A DNA stretch of 64,000 bases from Octopus sinensis (GCF_006345805.1 NC_043001.1:3224001-3288000), one strand, 5' to 3'; positions 1 through 13,104 are shown, numbered from the stretch's first letter. The notes: generated from the sequence alone by a model not told the origin. A program made the numbers and translations.

Positions 1-514
1 GTTCTGAGAATGAGGCATAATGGATAAGTTCCCATAAGCGGTGAATTAGCAGTCATGAGAGAAACAGATAAAATATCTTGAAATATTTGTACCAATACTG
101 TGCACTTTAGGTTCAAATTCGGCCGAAATCTACTTTCCTTTAAGTTGGGTAAGAAATAAGTCCGTCAAGTCAGTTGCCCCGAAGTAGTGGTTCCAATTAT
201 TTACCATCTGAGTTCAAATCTTGCCATGATCATCTTGAGTGGTACACTGAATCTGTAATTTGATTAAATAACACCACTAGTAAACTTAATCAGACCTCAC
301 TCTATTGCAAGCATGTACACTAGATTTCCAGTTTGGAAATAACTTTCCACTCACCAGACTCAAGAACCGCCTGAATATTTATTGTGGTAAATTTCAAAGG
401 AAGTAAATCCAAGATGAACACAGGGCCTCACATGGTTTATCTCTTCCCTGGCAAATGATCTCATACGAATCTCGAAAGAAGGGTTTGGGTTTCCTTTTAC
501 CAATTCTCCAATAG

Positions 515-645
515 CTGCAGACATATCTGAGTGGTTAAGAAGTTCGTTTCACAGCCACACGGTTTCTGGTTTATTTACAACATGCGACTCCTGAGGTAAG
601 TGTCTTCTACTATAGCTTGGAGCAAACTGAATCATTGTGAGTGAA
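515..645 (+). mobile_element. Degenerate 5' half of tRNA-derived SINE
   Basis: gagtggttaagaagttcgtttc...aagtgtcttctactatagc...ttgtgagtg aligns by eye with the heads of the better copies at 21046 and 10354-10775; ends at the CR1 tail. Confidence 0.6.
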
Positions 646-646
646 T

Positions 647-1420
647 TAAGTTAGTTAGTTAGTTAGTTAATTTGGCTCAAAAGCAAATAGCAAGGCCATG
701 TAGGGGGACATGGAGTTAAGTACAGGGTGGTGTTCATGTAAAGCGTTCAGGCCACTTGAGGTCCAGGGAGGCTTTGAACAAAGCGGTCGTCGGCATCTTC
801 ACCATCTCGTCTGGCAGATTGTTCCACGGATCCGCAACCCGGACGGAGAAAGCTCCTCTCCTTCGATTGAGATGAAATCGTCGCAGGTAGAGCTTTTCGG
901 AATGACCCCGCAGCCGACGCTCTGGAGCAGGAGTGAAGAACAGCTCTTTCGAGAGGTTACACTTTCCGCTTATGATGTTGTGGGCGAGAATGAGATCACT
1001 ACGGCGGCGGCGTTTTTCAAGAGAATAAAGGTCGAGCGTCCTCAGCCTTTCTTCGTAGGACAAATTTTTGAGACCATGAACCATGCGGGTAGCCAGCTTC
1101 TGGACTCTTTCGAGATGCTGTATGTCTTTGAGGAGATAAGGAGAAGAGGCTTGAATCCCATACTCCAATATGGGTCTCACCAGCGTGACATAGAGTGGTA
1201 GGAATATGGCTGCTGTGAGCATTCCGAATGACCGTCGAATCAAGAACAGAATTCCGCGTGCTTTGTTAGCAGCACGGACGCACTGGGCCGAAGGCGAAAT
1301 GGACACTGAAATAAACCGAGTAAAATTTAGGCGGCATTGCCTACATGAATTTGACCACAATAAACAAATTGACGGGTGTCCACTGACGTGAAAGCCTAAC
1401 GGTCAAAACACCTTTGGCGG
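647..1420 (-). mobile_element. 5'-truncated CR1/L2-group LINE (RT C-terminus, 3' UTR, (CTAA)n tail)
   Basis: ORF 734-1360(-): LYVTLVRPILEY...LERVQKLATRMV...YEERLRTLDLYSLEKRRRRSDLI...FSVRVADPWNNLP, typical CR1-like C-terminus; tail seen as agttagttagtt at ~649-668. Confidence 0.9.
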
Positions 1421-1639
1421 TAAAAATCTACAAAGATTCGATCACTATAAAAGAAACTGATTTTGTTTGGTGAAAATGAGGTTATTTAGATCCATAACGT
1501 CGAATAGAGATCTTGGAACTTTACTGTTCTTAACTAAGAACAAGATATATACGAAAATGTGAAAAAAATCTGTAATAGAAAATATATAACTGGAACATAG
1601 TCATGTTCAGAATGATGCATATATGTATGGACATTGTTA

Positions 1640-1885
1640 TGTACACATGTGTGTGTGCATGCATATATCTATGGCGTGTCATAGTTGTGTATAAGAGTCA
1701 TACAAGAGGTGTCATTCGTTTCCAGCTATCTATGAGGACATTTCTGGCCATGGGAGAATATTAGCTTACTTGGAAACCGGTGAATGTTTGCGACAGGAAG
1801 TGCAGAGACCATAAAAAATGTGTTTCAACGAATTCTATGTGAACTTTACAAGCATGGAAAAGTGTGCGAAAAATGACGATCATAT
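1640..1885 (+). mobile_element. Degenerate 3' half of SINE
   Basis: catacaagaggtgtcattcgtttcc...tctggccatggg...cttggaaaccggtga...gcaagcatggaaaagtg resembles a common Octopus SINE 3' module (recalled). Confidence 0.5.
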
Positions 1886-2761
1886 ATCTTTAACGAAGTG
1901 CAAAGTCTGTGTAAAGTTTCTCTAACAAAAATCTAGGATGGAACTATTGTCGTCTTTATTGTAAAATACTCAAGGGAGTTAATGACTAAAGATTCGGAGC
2001 TTAAAGAATAAAGCATTCGACAGTATCTCATTCAGTAAATTTAGAGTCTGTTTATTGTGGATGGTTTTTTAAAAACATGTATGGACTGTATGACTCTTCT
2101 GAGGTTCTGTTGTAAAGGATGTGTTAGGCTCAACATCAAAAGATCCTACGTTCATCTCCACACCTGGCAGTGCGTTTTGATCTGGAAAAAACTACATTAT
2201 TTCAGCATACATAACTGAAAAAGATACCAGTATTGAGCTGATGTAGTTCTCTCTCTCTCTTTCTCTCTTCACTCGTATTCTCCCTTCTGTTCCACTGTAC
2301 TGCGTGGTAGAAGGGTCACGTGGATCTCTATGTCAGCTCATGACTACAAAGGCGGCTAAAGCAATTAGCAAAAGTTCGGTGCATGCTATCAAGTCATACG
2401 CCCTTGTGAATGGTGGCTGTTTGATTTTAGATTAGTAAAATATGGGATAGTCATGACTGAAATGCCATGCGGTTATATATGACCTTAATCAGGGAAGATT
2501 TGGTTCTAAACAAGCAAGAACAACAACATGAGCAACAAAATGGCTGTTGGTTAAAAGCTGAATGTAATATTTAAAGGAAACAGCAAGTTCTACTCCAAGT
2601 CGAGTATTACCGCCCCTGCTCTGGCCTTACCTAGAATCTACAACCCAATGAAGGAGTCGATGTTTTTACAACATCACTTGAACTGTTAGAAACAGCAGCC
2701 AAATCTCCTCCAAGGCACACCTTTCTCGCAAAAATATGCAGATGGTATATTAGATGACGTA

Positions 2762-2876
2762 AAGGCGTAAATTAAGTACCAGTTACGCACTGGGGGTGAT
2801 GTAATCGACTTAATCCGTTTGTCTGTCCTTGTTTGTCCTCTCTGTGTTTAGCCCCTTGTGGGTAGTAAAGAAATGA
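2762..2876 (+). mobile_element. 5'-truncated SINE 3' end with 17-bp TSD
   Basis: Flanked by identical gtatattagatgacgta at 2745-2761 and 2877-2893; contains aagtaccagtt...ctgggggtgatgtaatcgact and a taaagaaat tail. Confidence 0.8.
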
Positions 2877-3389
2877 GTATATTAGATGACGTAGTTGCAG
2901 CTATGTGCATAAGGCATGAATGATCATGTCTGGCGTTACATTGCAAACAGGTTTGCATGATCACAACAGACCTGGGGCTAAAAGAACCACCACCACTACC
3001 CATCCTAGTCCACCACCACCACCACCACCACCGCCGTCGCCGCAGCCACCGCCACCACCACGCAGTAACAACACTATTATTATTATTACTGTAACAGAAA
3101 AAGCTCTATCTTAAACAATACTTCACAATCTGAAGAACATCATTGTATACAGTAATTATGCAAACATCCCCTTGATAACATAAAATTTATATGGTTAATT
3201 TAAAAGAGAAAGAGATATCTAATTGGTGCACAATTGATATTTTATTTGTTGTGTTGACCAAGCATTTCAGTATAAACAATGGCGTATATTTTGTGTTTAA
3301 ATATTTCCTTATTACGGAGTTTAGAAATATAACAGTATGACTATATTTATAAGTTTCCATTTCCCATTCACTCACCATCCTCTGATTCT

Positions 3390-3680
3390 GTGTGTGTGTG
3401 TCTCTCTCTATATATGTGTGTGTGTGTGTGTGAGGGAGAGAGTGTGTGTGTGAGTGCGAGAGTATGTGTATATATAAACATACACACATATATATATATA
3501 CACACACACACTTCATATTTACTCATAGATTCATAATATACAGATACATACGCTGAGACATACTCGTATATATATTTATATATATTTATTTATATATATA
3601 TTATATATATACATACAGAGAATTCACAATATATATGTATATATATATGTATATATATGTATGTACATGTATATATATAT

Positions 3681-3713
<33 letters not shown>

Positions 3714-3850
3714 GTATAAGTATATGTATATGTATATATATATATACATATATATATATATGTATGTATATGTATGTGTATATATATATATATGTACATA
3801 TATATACACACATATATAAGTGTATATAAACACACACATATATGAATATA
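3390..3850. repeat. Compound (TG)n/(TA)n microsatellite; representative of many (e.g. 9575-9770, 12830-13250, 15590-15880, 23450-23640, 27335-27740, 33660-33980, 52850-53340, 57970-58400, 58950-59310)
   Basis: Directly visible dinucleotide runs, source of the YI/HT/CV pseudo-ORFs. Confidence 0.95.
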
Positions 3851-5542
3851 AAATAAAAAGAAAATAAAAAAATTAAGTATATATTTAAAGATATAAACAT
3901 AAATGAATATATACTCGTTTATACCCAGATATGATACAATTATTAATAAATACAGAAATGTTTCAAAGGAGTCGCCGGCTGAATGACCCACTCAGCCCCC
4001 TCCTACATTCACATAATAATATATACATACATATGCGTGTGTGTATGTGTGCGCGTGTATGTTGGTGTGTATATGTAGGTGTCATTACCAGTGTAGTCGT
4101 ATTTACATTGAAGATATGATCAAATAACAATCAAATGAAATTAAAGAGTTTCTAATGAAAGGGAACCATTGTCATAAAACATCTAATTTGGTTGGATATA
4201 AAAAGCACATTCTGTTTATACGTGTAGCATCTGAGAAGCACTAAATATACCACTATATCACTCTCATTGAAACTAGAAACATTACGAAACATTGCAACTA
4301 TTTGTAGATGTGTTGAAGTATGATCTGTGATGTCAGTCACGTTCGCTAGAGAGTTAATCCCATTGAACAATGGGCCAGACACAGAAAATATATTTCACTG
4401 ACTTTACTAGTTCTCACAATTTATGTTACACCCCTGGGTCTCTGGATCTTTAGTCAAGTATATTAGTCACCTTTTTTAACCCGTTCGATACCTACCTAAG
4501 ACTACCCATGCTTCCATGGCATTTGAATTAAAGCCGTTCTGCAGAATTTCATGCTAATTCATGTTCGATACACCAGCTTTAGTTTAATAACTAAAACAAC
4601 TATTTAATGAAATAATTCTCTAATTAGAGTGATATTTTACTAAAGACTTCATAACTTAAAAATTAATCGAAATAAAAGCATCGTTTTCAGCATAAATATG
4701 GTAACAAAAGAGTTAAATTGATCTAAATTAAAATCTCCCATCAAAATTTCATATAAATTTATGTTCCAAACATCAGCTTAATAATGATAAAATTATTTTA
4801 TTAAATTCCTTATTAGTTTCCAATCCCGAGTGTTGTTCGTCATGTGACCGGTGACTTTGGCAATATCCTTTTGCCATAACGGGTAATATCAGGAAATATA
4901 GCAAACATATAATAATTAAAATTTAATGTTTATCAAATTTTTCTTGGTGCATACACAAATTGATTAATTCAATACTAATTTTTAAAATAATGTATTACCT
5001 TAAAACAAATTGAAACAAATTTCTCATTTGTATAACTTCTCCCATGAATATTGTCATTTACTCCTTTCTAAGGAAGAAGCGAACGGTGAGAATGTTTTCT
5101 AGATATAAAAAAATGCTTCGTTTTGTTTAGTGCTTTCGAGAAATAAAATATTGGTACCAGGTGTTTTCAAAGTACCTGTTCGTGAAGTCAGAGTAGCTTA
5201 GATGTGAGGAGTCCAGCGTGTGTGCAGATGATGCTAGTGTGCAGAGGGTTAGAGAAGAATGAAAGATAGAACTGAACTCTGGGCTACAGTAGAGCTGCTA
5301 CAGCCTGGGGTAGAGTGTCTATTCCAAAGGCAAAAACTAAGAATGTGTGATCTAGTAAAATGCCGGTACCGTCAGGTGAGAATCAGGCACAGTTCAGGGA
5401 CAAGCATTTATAAGACTGTCCCTGTCTGTAGCTGGTTCTATGCATTACTGATCTCAAACCATATCAATGGAATCACTAGTTTACTTACCACGAATGATGA
5501 AATTCTTCTTCAATAAACACAACCGAAAGGATATGCATGCAA

Positions 5543-5582
<40 letters not shown>

Positions 5583-5929
5583 ATGATACAAGAAGGAAAA
5601 TGCACATAATTAAAATTTTAAAGTATATTTTGAAGGATAGAATATTATGATAATCCACCAGTTTCGCGTTTCGCTAATCATTGCGAAATTGGTAAAATAT
5701 TGCAATTACGTATTTTCTTACGAAGTTTTTAGTCCATGTTGCTTGTATGAGAGTTTGTTAGTAAATGAACCAGGATGTAGAAAATAATCTAAGGGGAGTT
5801 AATTGGTGGTTGTTATTATTCGAGACCGGGAACGTAATTGCATTTGGTGGGTGTTAAAGGAGTGAGTTGTCAAATAAATTCGATCACTTCTTTCCAACAT
5901 TATTTGAACGAGCAGGATAAATATTTTTA

Positions 5930-6650
5930 CCATAATGTTTTACGATCTTGTAGCTTTATTCTTTCTCTATAACTGTCGTTTATAGTTTTCAACATTTGAA
6001 TAAATTTTACCTCTTTTAATACAAGTGGCGATAGAGTGCCAAGAAGAAAAATACGACCATTTTCGACACCTGCTTCTCTTGGGTTTCAGTGAAAATTCCA
6101 TTGCTACCAAAGCCTCTGGAGAAATTTGTATTGCAAACAGAGAAGGCGCTATGGCTGAAAGAACACCACAGAAAAGGTTTAAACGCTTCCAGGAGGGTAA
6201 AGTTGAACTCACACAGTGTCCGTGTTCCAAGCGACTTGTTCAGTTCATATTCAATTAAGCAAACTCATCCCCGTGAATCTGCGCCAATCAACTCGAGAAT
6301 TGACTCGGCTAATGGGATGCTCTCTTGATAACATCGGCCGTCACCGCACTCCATGGGCAATCCGACTGAAAGGAACCAACCAACGGCGACACGTCGTGAT
6401 TCTTCAACGGCACACCTATCGCTCATATGTCGCTAATTAGATCAAATATGTTATTCAAAACCTCGGCTAAGACATATTGCCACACCCAACGTATTGTTCT
6501 GACACAGGGTCATCAGAATATTAACTTTTTCTGTCGCTCTTCAACGGTCAGCGAAGCGTTTTGTTCAACAATGACGTGGAGACTAAAATATGCCCAAATG
6601 AATTCTACTGTGAAGGCGATCACAAGTTAATGTAGCGTTGGCAAGAAATT
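5930..6650 (+). mobile_element. Degraded mariner transposase (N-terminal HTH region)
   Basis: ORF 6025-6258 ECQEEKYDHFRHLLLLGF...ATKASGEICIA..EGAMAERT.QKRFKRFQEG matches mariner N-termini; continues frameshifted (LRQSTRELTRLMGCS). Confidence 0.8.
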
Positions 6651-6750
6651 GTGAACAAAGAGAGTTTATTGTTGAGTGATCTGTGAAAACTGTTGATAAA
6701 AAAGATCAAAATAAATTAAATAGACGAACGAATTTAACTGACAACCCACT

Positions 6751-6815
<65 letters not shown>

Positions 6816-6819
6816 TGTG

Positions 6820-6857
<38 letters not shown>

Positions 6858-9429
6858 CGTGTGTACATACACGCATGTATATAAACATTGCCTTTTAAGA
6901 GACTATAAAAAGCGCAGACTTCGCCCAGATTGACGTGAGGAACATGTTTCGACCTGATTTGTCCTCCTAAATGAGGAAAACGTCCGGACATTCTCAAAAT
7001 AAGTCAGACTCTTCGATCCAATGTAGAAATCAACAAGCAAAACATGCGCAGCTTTCTGCAGAAATAAGCCAGACTTGAATGAATGCAACATATGCACTTG
7101 AAACAGCATTAGATTAGATTAACAATATGAACAACATTTATAATTTATATACAAACACAGAAAGATGCCATACATGCATTCATGCACATAAACACACACA
7201 AACACACACATATGGATACGTACACGTATGCATCGACTACATTTCGACAGGTGATATACCTTTGTCACGTCTCTTATTTTAACCAATCACAGTCCAATAA
7301 TTTGCGGAGCTAATTTACTGATATAGCACGGAAACATTTATTCTCTTCTACATTTCCCACTGGACAAACTTCGCTCGAGTCTGACCAGTCTCACTTAGCT
7401 TCTGACTTTTTTTATTCTGGCAACAGTCTTGTGTCAGATTATATCCTACTCGCACTGCATACTCCTTAATAACACCCAACATCTGCTTCGCCATAGCTAC
7501 TGTAAAATTACCGCTAATAAATATGTATAAGTTGAAGTTACTTTTCTTCGTATGGTGAGCATTTTTCCATTTGCACAGAATTAACTATCCAACATAAATT
7601 ATCCCATTGACACGAAAACATGAAAAACATCTACGAACATTGTCCATAACATTCCTGCAAAACAAATCATCTAATTGACTTATTGTTGTACTTTTTCTCA
7701 AACACATTCACGCAAACTGTTGCAAATTAATATCTAGAATTTTCCATGCTCGAATTCTACAATTCTATTTCTTTCGAATCATGTGTTGTGCAGTTTTTCC
7801 TGCTTTATTTTACCAGCAAGATCCGTTGAGGGCTTCTTTTTTTTTCTCTTGGTAAATAACAAAGGGAAATTATATACAAACTACAACCAAGTTTGGTTGT
7901 TATATCTCTGAACTGTTTCTTTAGATATCATACACATACTTACATTCACATTTATGCACAATAAAACACAGACACGCACACATATCGAGTTCTATTTTTT
8001 TAAAGCATTTCTTTAATATTTTCGTATGTATTTCTTGCCGTTGAGAACAGAAAGATTTAAAAACAATCATCTGCGATCTTGCTTCTCGTCTTTTGAATGA
8101 AGTCATAGTAAAGTGTGTTACTACGATATTATAGAATACTCGGGCAATTACCGCTATGGATAGAAGGGCAATTACGACGATCAGAATTTCAATGGCAACA
8201 TTACCAACGTTATTTTGATTTTTCTTCGTTAGATTTATACCTTATCAATTTGGTATTCCTTTCTTTTACTTGCGCTGTATTATATAATGACATGTCTATT
8301 TAAGCAGCGAACTATTTGTATTGCTGTTATCTTTAATCGTATATTTTTGTGTGGAGTTTTATACAGGTTAAATGTAATTTTTATCTGTACTAGTAGGAAC
8401 CATGGTAATTCTACAGAATGAAAAGGATCCATCTCTATCTACCTTTCATTAACCTCACCACCAGAATATCACCCTCTGCTAAACATTGTATCCTGAACAT
8501 ATCTCTTTCTCTTTACCTTTCCCTCTCTCTCCCTTCTCTCTCGCTCTTTTCTCTCACCATCTTTTCCCTCGCTCTTCACCTCTCTCTTCTACTAATCACG
8601 TTTCACATTTGGTCTTATTATACATCTTTCTCTACTTCTTCCTCACTTCTTTCTTCTCTACTTACACTCCTCCCCACTCTCTCTTACAGTACTCCACCTC
8701 CACCTCTCCAACTAACTGAATTATAACGGGCGATCGAACAAGCAGATTATTATATAGATTTTTCCCCGTCTACTTTTGTACTGCGCTGATTTAAAGCTTT
8801 GCAGTTGCTCTTTGTTGGAAAACCCACGGGAAAGAGCTGAACTTGTATGACTAATACAACATTTACAGTTGCGATGTTTACATCTTGCAATTGATGATTA
8901 ATAGCCAGTTTAAGAGTTTATAAATTTTGATGTTTTTCATTCTAATGTTTTGTATCGTATTATTAATATTAGGTAAATATTTTGATCATGCTTTCTTTTC
9001 TATATTGTATTTTATTTATACAATACATGAACTAATAGACCAAACCATACAACAATATAGACATAATTTCATTGCTATAGACACATCAGACACTACAAAG
9101 ATTAAAAACACACAAAATTTTACACACTATGTATTGCATGACTCAAACGCATAACCACAATAGGATAATGAACACAAAATCAAAACATCTGATGAAGCCA
9201 TAAAACAATGTAAAATGCATTACGCTATAAGCAGTAATGTTAATAAAATACTATAAAACAAAAACTATGAACTTTATTAAAACAGCAGAACGCTATAAGC
9301 CTCAAATTAAAGCTACTGTTGGTCTAAGATTACATTTGATTACATACCACGAAGTTATAAACTTCACGACACCAAATGTTTTACTGGCAAAACAAATATG
9401 GTAATATTTTGGTTGCTCATTTTGAGGCA

Positions 9430-9575
9430 CCGGCGTGGATGTGCAGCAAGAAATTTGCTTCCCAACCACATGATTCCAGTTTCAGTCTCACTGAGTGGCA
9501 CATTGGGCAAATGTCTTCTACTACAGCCTTGCGCCCACCAAAGCGGATAAGACGGAGTTTGAAAGAAACCCGTCG
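9430..9575 (+). mobile_element. SINE 5' half followed by (TA)n
   Basis: ttgcttcccaaccacatgattccagtttcagtctcactgagtggcacattgggcaaatgtcttctactacagcc...gaaagaaacccgtcgtata matches the 21046 copy. Confidence 0.8.
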
Positions 9576-9610
<35 letters not shown>

Positions 9611-9633
9611 ATATATATATATTATATATATAT

Positions 9634-9683
<50 letters not shown>

Positions 9684-9684
9684 G

Positions 9685-9721
<37 letters not shown>

Positions 9722-9735
9722 ACATATATATATAT

Positions 9736-9772
<37 letters not shown>

Positions 9773-9924
9773 TGAAATAGAAGATAATTTTCTTGTAACA
9801 GATTATTCAAAGGTTTAACCGATACCTGGGTAGCAAAAATCACAGCGGAAAAACAGCACGGTTGGAGATAAGACCATTTGGTCTTGCAACCGTGCGTTGG
9901 AGCGGATAATTGAAGTTTAATATT

Positions 9925-10294
9925 ATTAGTGAATGGAATAAATGGAGTTGAACGAAGATTGTACAGAATACCTTTTATTACATTCTACACATGTTTCGAA
10001 GGCCACAAATTTCCAAATTCTGTTTAAATAAGGGTACCATATTGCGGCTTTCTCTTCAGGATAAACAGTTCAGCCATGGGCTCCTAAGGAGCATCTTCGT
10101 TCGAATTGCTGTGCCTCTGTTTTGTTTTGTCCTGTCAACGGAATTCCTGTTTTTTTTTCCTGAAGAGAAAGCCGCAATATGGTACCCTTATTTAAACAGA
10201 ATTTGGAAATTTGTGGCCTTCGATACATGTGTAGAATGTAATAAAAGGTATTCTGTACAATCTTCGTTCAACTCCATTTATTCCATTCACTAAT
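9925..10294. mobile_element. Fold-back element: 137-bp inverted arms with hammerhead-like motifs; probable non-autonomous Penelope-like derivative
   Basis: 9925-10061 is the reverse complement of 10158-10294 with one mismatch; 96-bp spacer; TA-rich flanks. Confidence 0.8.
9980..10062 (-). ncRNA. Minimal type I hammerhead ribozyme motif (PLE type)
   Basis: Minus strand: CUGAAGA - GAAAGCCGCAA/UUGUGGCCUUC stem II - GAAAC-AUGU-GUA; palindromic ACAUGU in stem III; stem I only ~2 bp. Confidence 0.55.
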
Positions 10295-10300
10295 TATATA

Positions 10301-10347
<47 letters not shown>

Positions 10348-10353
10348 ATATAT

Positions 10354-10775
10354 TACTCTTTACTCTTTTTACTCTTTTTACTTGTTTCAGTCATTTGACT
10401 GCGGCCATGCTGGAGCACCGCCTTTAGTCGAGCAACTCGACCCCGGGACTTATTCTTTGTAAGCCCAGTACTTATTCTATCGGTCTCTTTTGCCGAACCG
10501 CTAAGTGACGGGGACGTTAACACACCAGCATCGGTTGTCAAGCAATGCTAGGGGAACAAACACAGACACACAAACATATTCAACACACACTTATATATAT
10601 ATATACATATATACGACAGGCTTCTTTCAGTTTCCGTCTACCAAATCCACTCACAAGGCATTGGTCGGCCCGGGACTATAGCAGAAGACACTTGCCCAAT
10701 ATGCCACGCAGTGGGACTGAACCCGGAACCATGTGGTTGGTTAGCAAGCTACTTACCAAACAGCCACTCCTGCGC
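10354..10775 (-). mobile_element. Full-length tRNA-derived SINE with internal TA run and (AAAGAGT)n-like tail
   Basis: Reverse complement aligns with copies at 21046-21550 and 56903-57300. Confidence 0.9.
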
Positions 10776-10780
10776 TTGCG

Positions 10781-10831
<51 letters not shown>

Positions 10832-10864
10832 TATATATATACATATATATATAGCTGGCCCCAC

Positions 10865-11035
10865 GCTGAAATCTACAAGTTATTTTTTCGTTCTCTCTCT
10901 CGTTTTTTTTCTTTTATTCTTTTCTGTTGAAGAGCGTAGGCTCGAAACCTAAAAGACTTTTTTTCATTTTTTCCGAGCATCATATTAATACCCTTTCTCG
11001 TTGTTCATACACTTGTCTTCGTCTTTAGTTCTTCT
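10865..11035 (+). mobile_element. PLE-type terminal repeat with hammerhead-like motif
   Basis: tctttt CTGTTGA A GAGC gtag GCTC GAAAC cta aaaga at ~10917-10956; related copies at 16765-16940(-) and 27020-27200(-). Confidence 0.55.
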
Positions 11036-11539
11036 ATAAGGTGAGACAGTGAATGTCTAGAAACAGTGACAGATTGCGAAAGTTTGCTGCACCAAACAAA
11101 CTGTAAGGATCTCGTACAGATATATGATCGAACTCGAAATAACCTGGCTGACAAGCTAACTTCCAAACCACACAACTACGCCTGGGTCCATTACATGTCC
11201 TCGTTTTGTAGTTTGTTCGCTATCATTTTGTCGTGTTATACTTCAGTAAATTCTTTAATGAAGTATAAAGTAGCATAAACCAGAGACATATTTAGAATTG
11301 TCCTCTCTACTCTACAGAAATACAAGAAGAAAAAAAAAACATTAGTTACTGACTAATGTTAATTTTGTTTTCCTCAACATCGTTTTCATTCAACGTTAGT
11401 AGTTTAATGCCTCATCTATTAAATATATTGACATTGACTTAGACACCAAGAAGCATTCAGTTGAAACTGGGTTTCTGAAATAGCAGGAAATAAAAGCAAA
11501 TTTGACAGTTTCACTTGAAATCTAAATAAATAAAGTGAT

Positions 11540-11940
11540 ATACACAACTTTTACTATCTTGATTGGGACAGGAGAGGTCACATGATTTTGAAATTTGCTT
11601 CGTGATTACATTTTGTGGAGTTGGGTAGACAGAAGCTCTACAGAGGCTCATAAGGCGGGCTTGTTTAGTGAGAGTAGACCTAATCATTCACTCAGTTTAA
11701 CACCCCCACCTACTACCCTAGAACATTTGTTTGTAGAGATCATTCTGTTACAGACCTTCGGCGCTTGTTTCCAGGTCGTGAGCTTATCTCGATATCCTGA
11801 TATGTTACCCGTTTGCAGCACGCTATAGATTATTGTCTTTGTTAAGTTCCCTTGTTTCTCATCTGTCATGGAGCCTCTTCCGGGTCATGAGATATGCTAA
11901 TCGTCCCTTCACTAAGCCCTTTATTACAACACTCTGTCAG
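11540..11940 (-). mobile_element. Possible PLE GIY-YIG endonuclease relic
   Basis: Frameshifted pieces KGLSEGT and PGNKRRRSVTE resemble YIGLSEG...PGNKRCRLCLTEK of PLE endonucleases. Confidence 0.35.
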
Positions 11941-12229
11941 ATAAAAGGTGTTAAATTAAATCAAGAGTTATAATCTTAGATAGTGTTGAACATCAGCATA
12001 TCCAATATACTTATATATATCTAATTTGTCCAGCTATGCTCGTAACACAACAGACAGTAGAGATAAACCTGTCCTAGTAATATAATTTTACGCAGAAAAT
12101 CCTATCATTTAATTTCTTCATAATATTCTAAGACTGCGAATTTCTCAAATGGCATCAGGTCCTTTGTATTTAAGATCAGGAAATATTCCTGGTCTCTGGC
12201 AGAAATGTGTCTTTTGTGGCCGCCTAGAG

Positions 12230-12745
12230 ATAAAAGAATTCTCGACGATTTGACTCAGTCAGATAAGTTGAGTTCGTCCAACAATTCAACGAGATCTATA
12301 CTTCAATGCGGTAGCCTACATTGAGACAATGGGAAACAGTTGTCAAACTCTAAATCGAGGCATTTTATTGGTTGTGGGGGGGCACTACGTTTTCCAGCAC
12401 CACTATGCTGCTTCTCAAATGGTCTGCACGAGCCAAAAGTAGATGGCCGAAAATTTTCATAATGATGTTATCCCTAATATTTGGTTAATTTGCTTACCTA
12501 ATTTAAGCTCTCGAAACGATTGCGTTCGGGCTGAGAGAAAGACAAACAAATATGACCAAAATACAAAGGACTCGTTGAAGTCGGCTATAACCAACAGAGA
12601 TATGGATTACCAGATCAACGCATTTAGTTGTTTTAGAAGCAGCATTGAGATTGATGGTGGTTTTATTGAATATCATTTTCCTATGTATATCTATAAAAAT
12701 AAGTATACCAAATTCTATAAAAATTTAATGGGTTTTCCAAAACAT
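12230..12745 (+). mobile_element. Degraded Tc1/mariner transposase C-terminus
   Basis: PNIWLICLPNL...ERKTNKYDQNTKDSLKSAI...FRSSIEIDGGFIE resembles WPPNSPDLNP...NTKDSL...GGFIE. Confidence 0.75.
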
Positions 12746-12853
12746 ATTTCAGTTTTCATGAAATTAGATTGTTGCTCTCATATATACGCCGCACTCTGTA
12801 TTTGTATGTATGTACGTATATTTGTACACACACACACACTACACACACACACA

Positions 12854-12930
<77 letters not shown>

Positions 12931-12957
12931 ATATATATATATATATTATATATATAC

Positions 12958-12988
<31 letters not shown>

Positions 12989-13066
12989 CATATATATATA
13001 CATATATATATATACATATATATACACACACACATATATATACTCAAATATACATACATGTATAAT

Positions 13067-13104
<38 letters not shown>

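Noticed and set aside
710-1201. 163-aa plus-strand ORF
   Set aside because: Antisense shadow of the CR1 ORF.
7921-8240. Minus frame with a TM-like segment (VAIEILIVVIALLSIAVIARVFY) followed by KRR
   Set aside because: Preceded by stops with no pyrimidine-rich acceptor; the sequence looks like a decayed triplet repeat.
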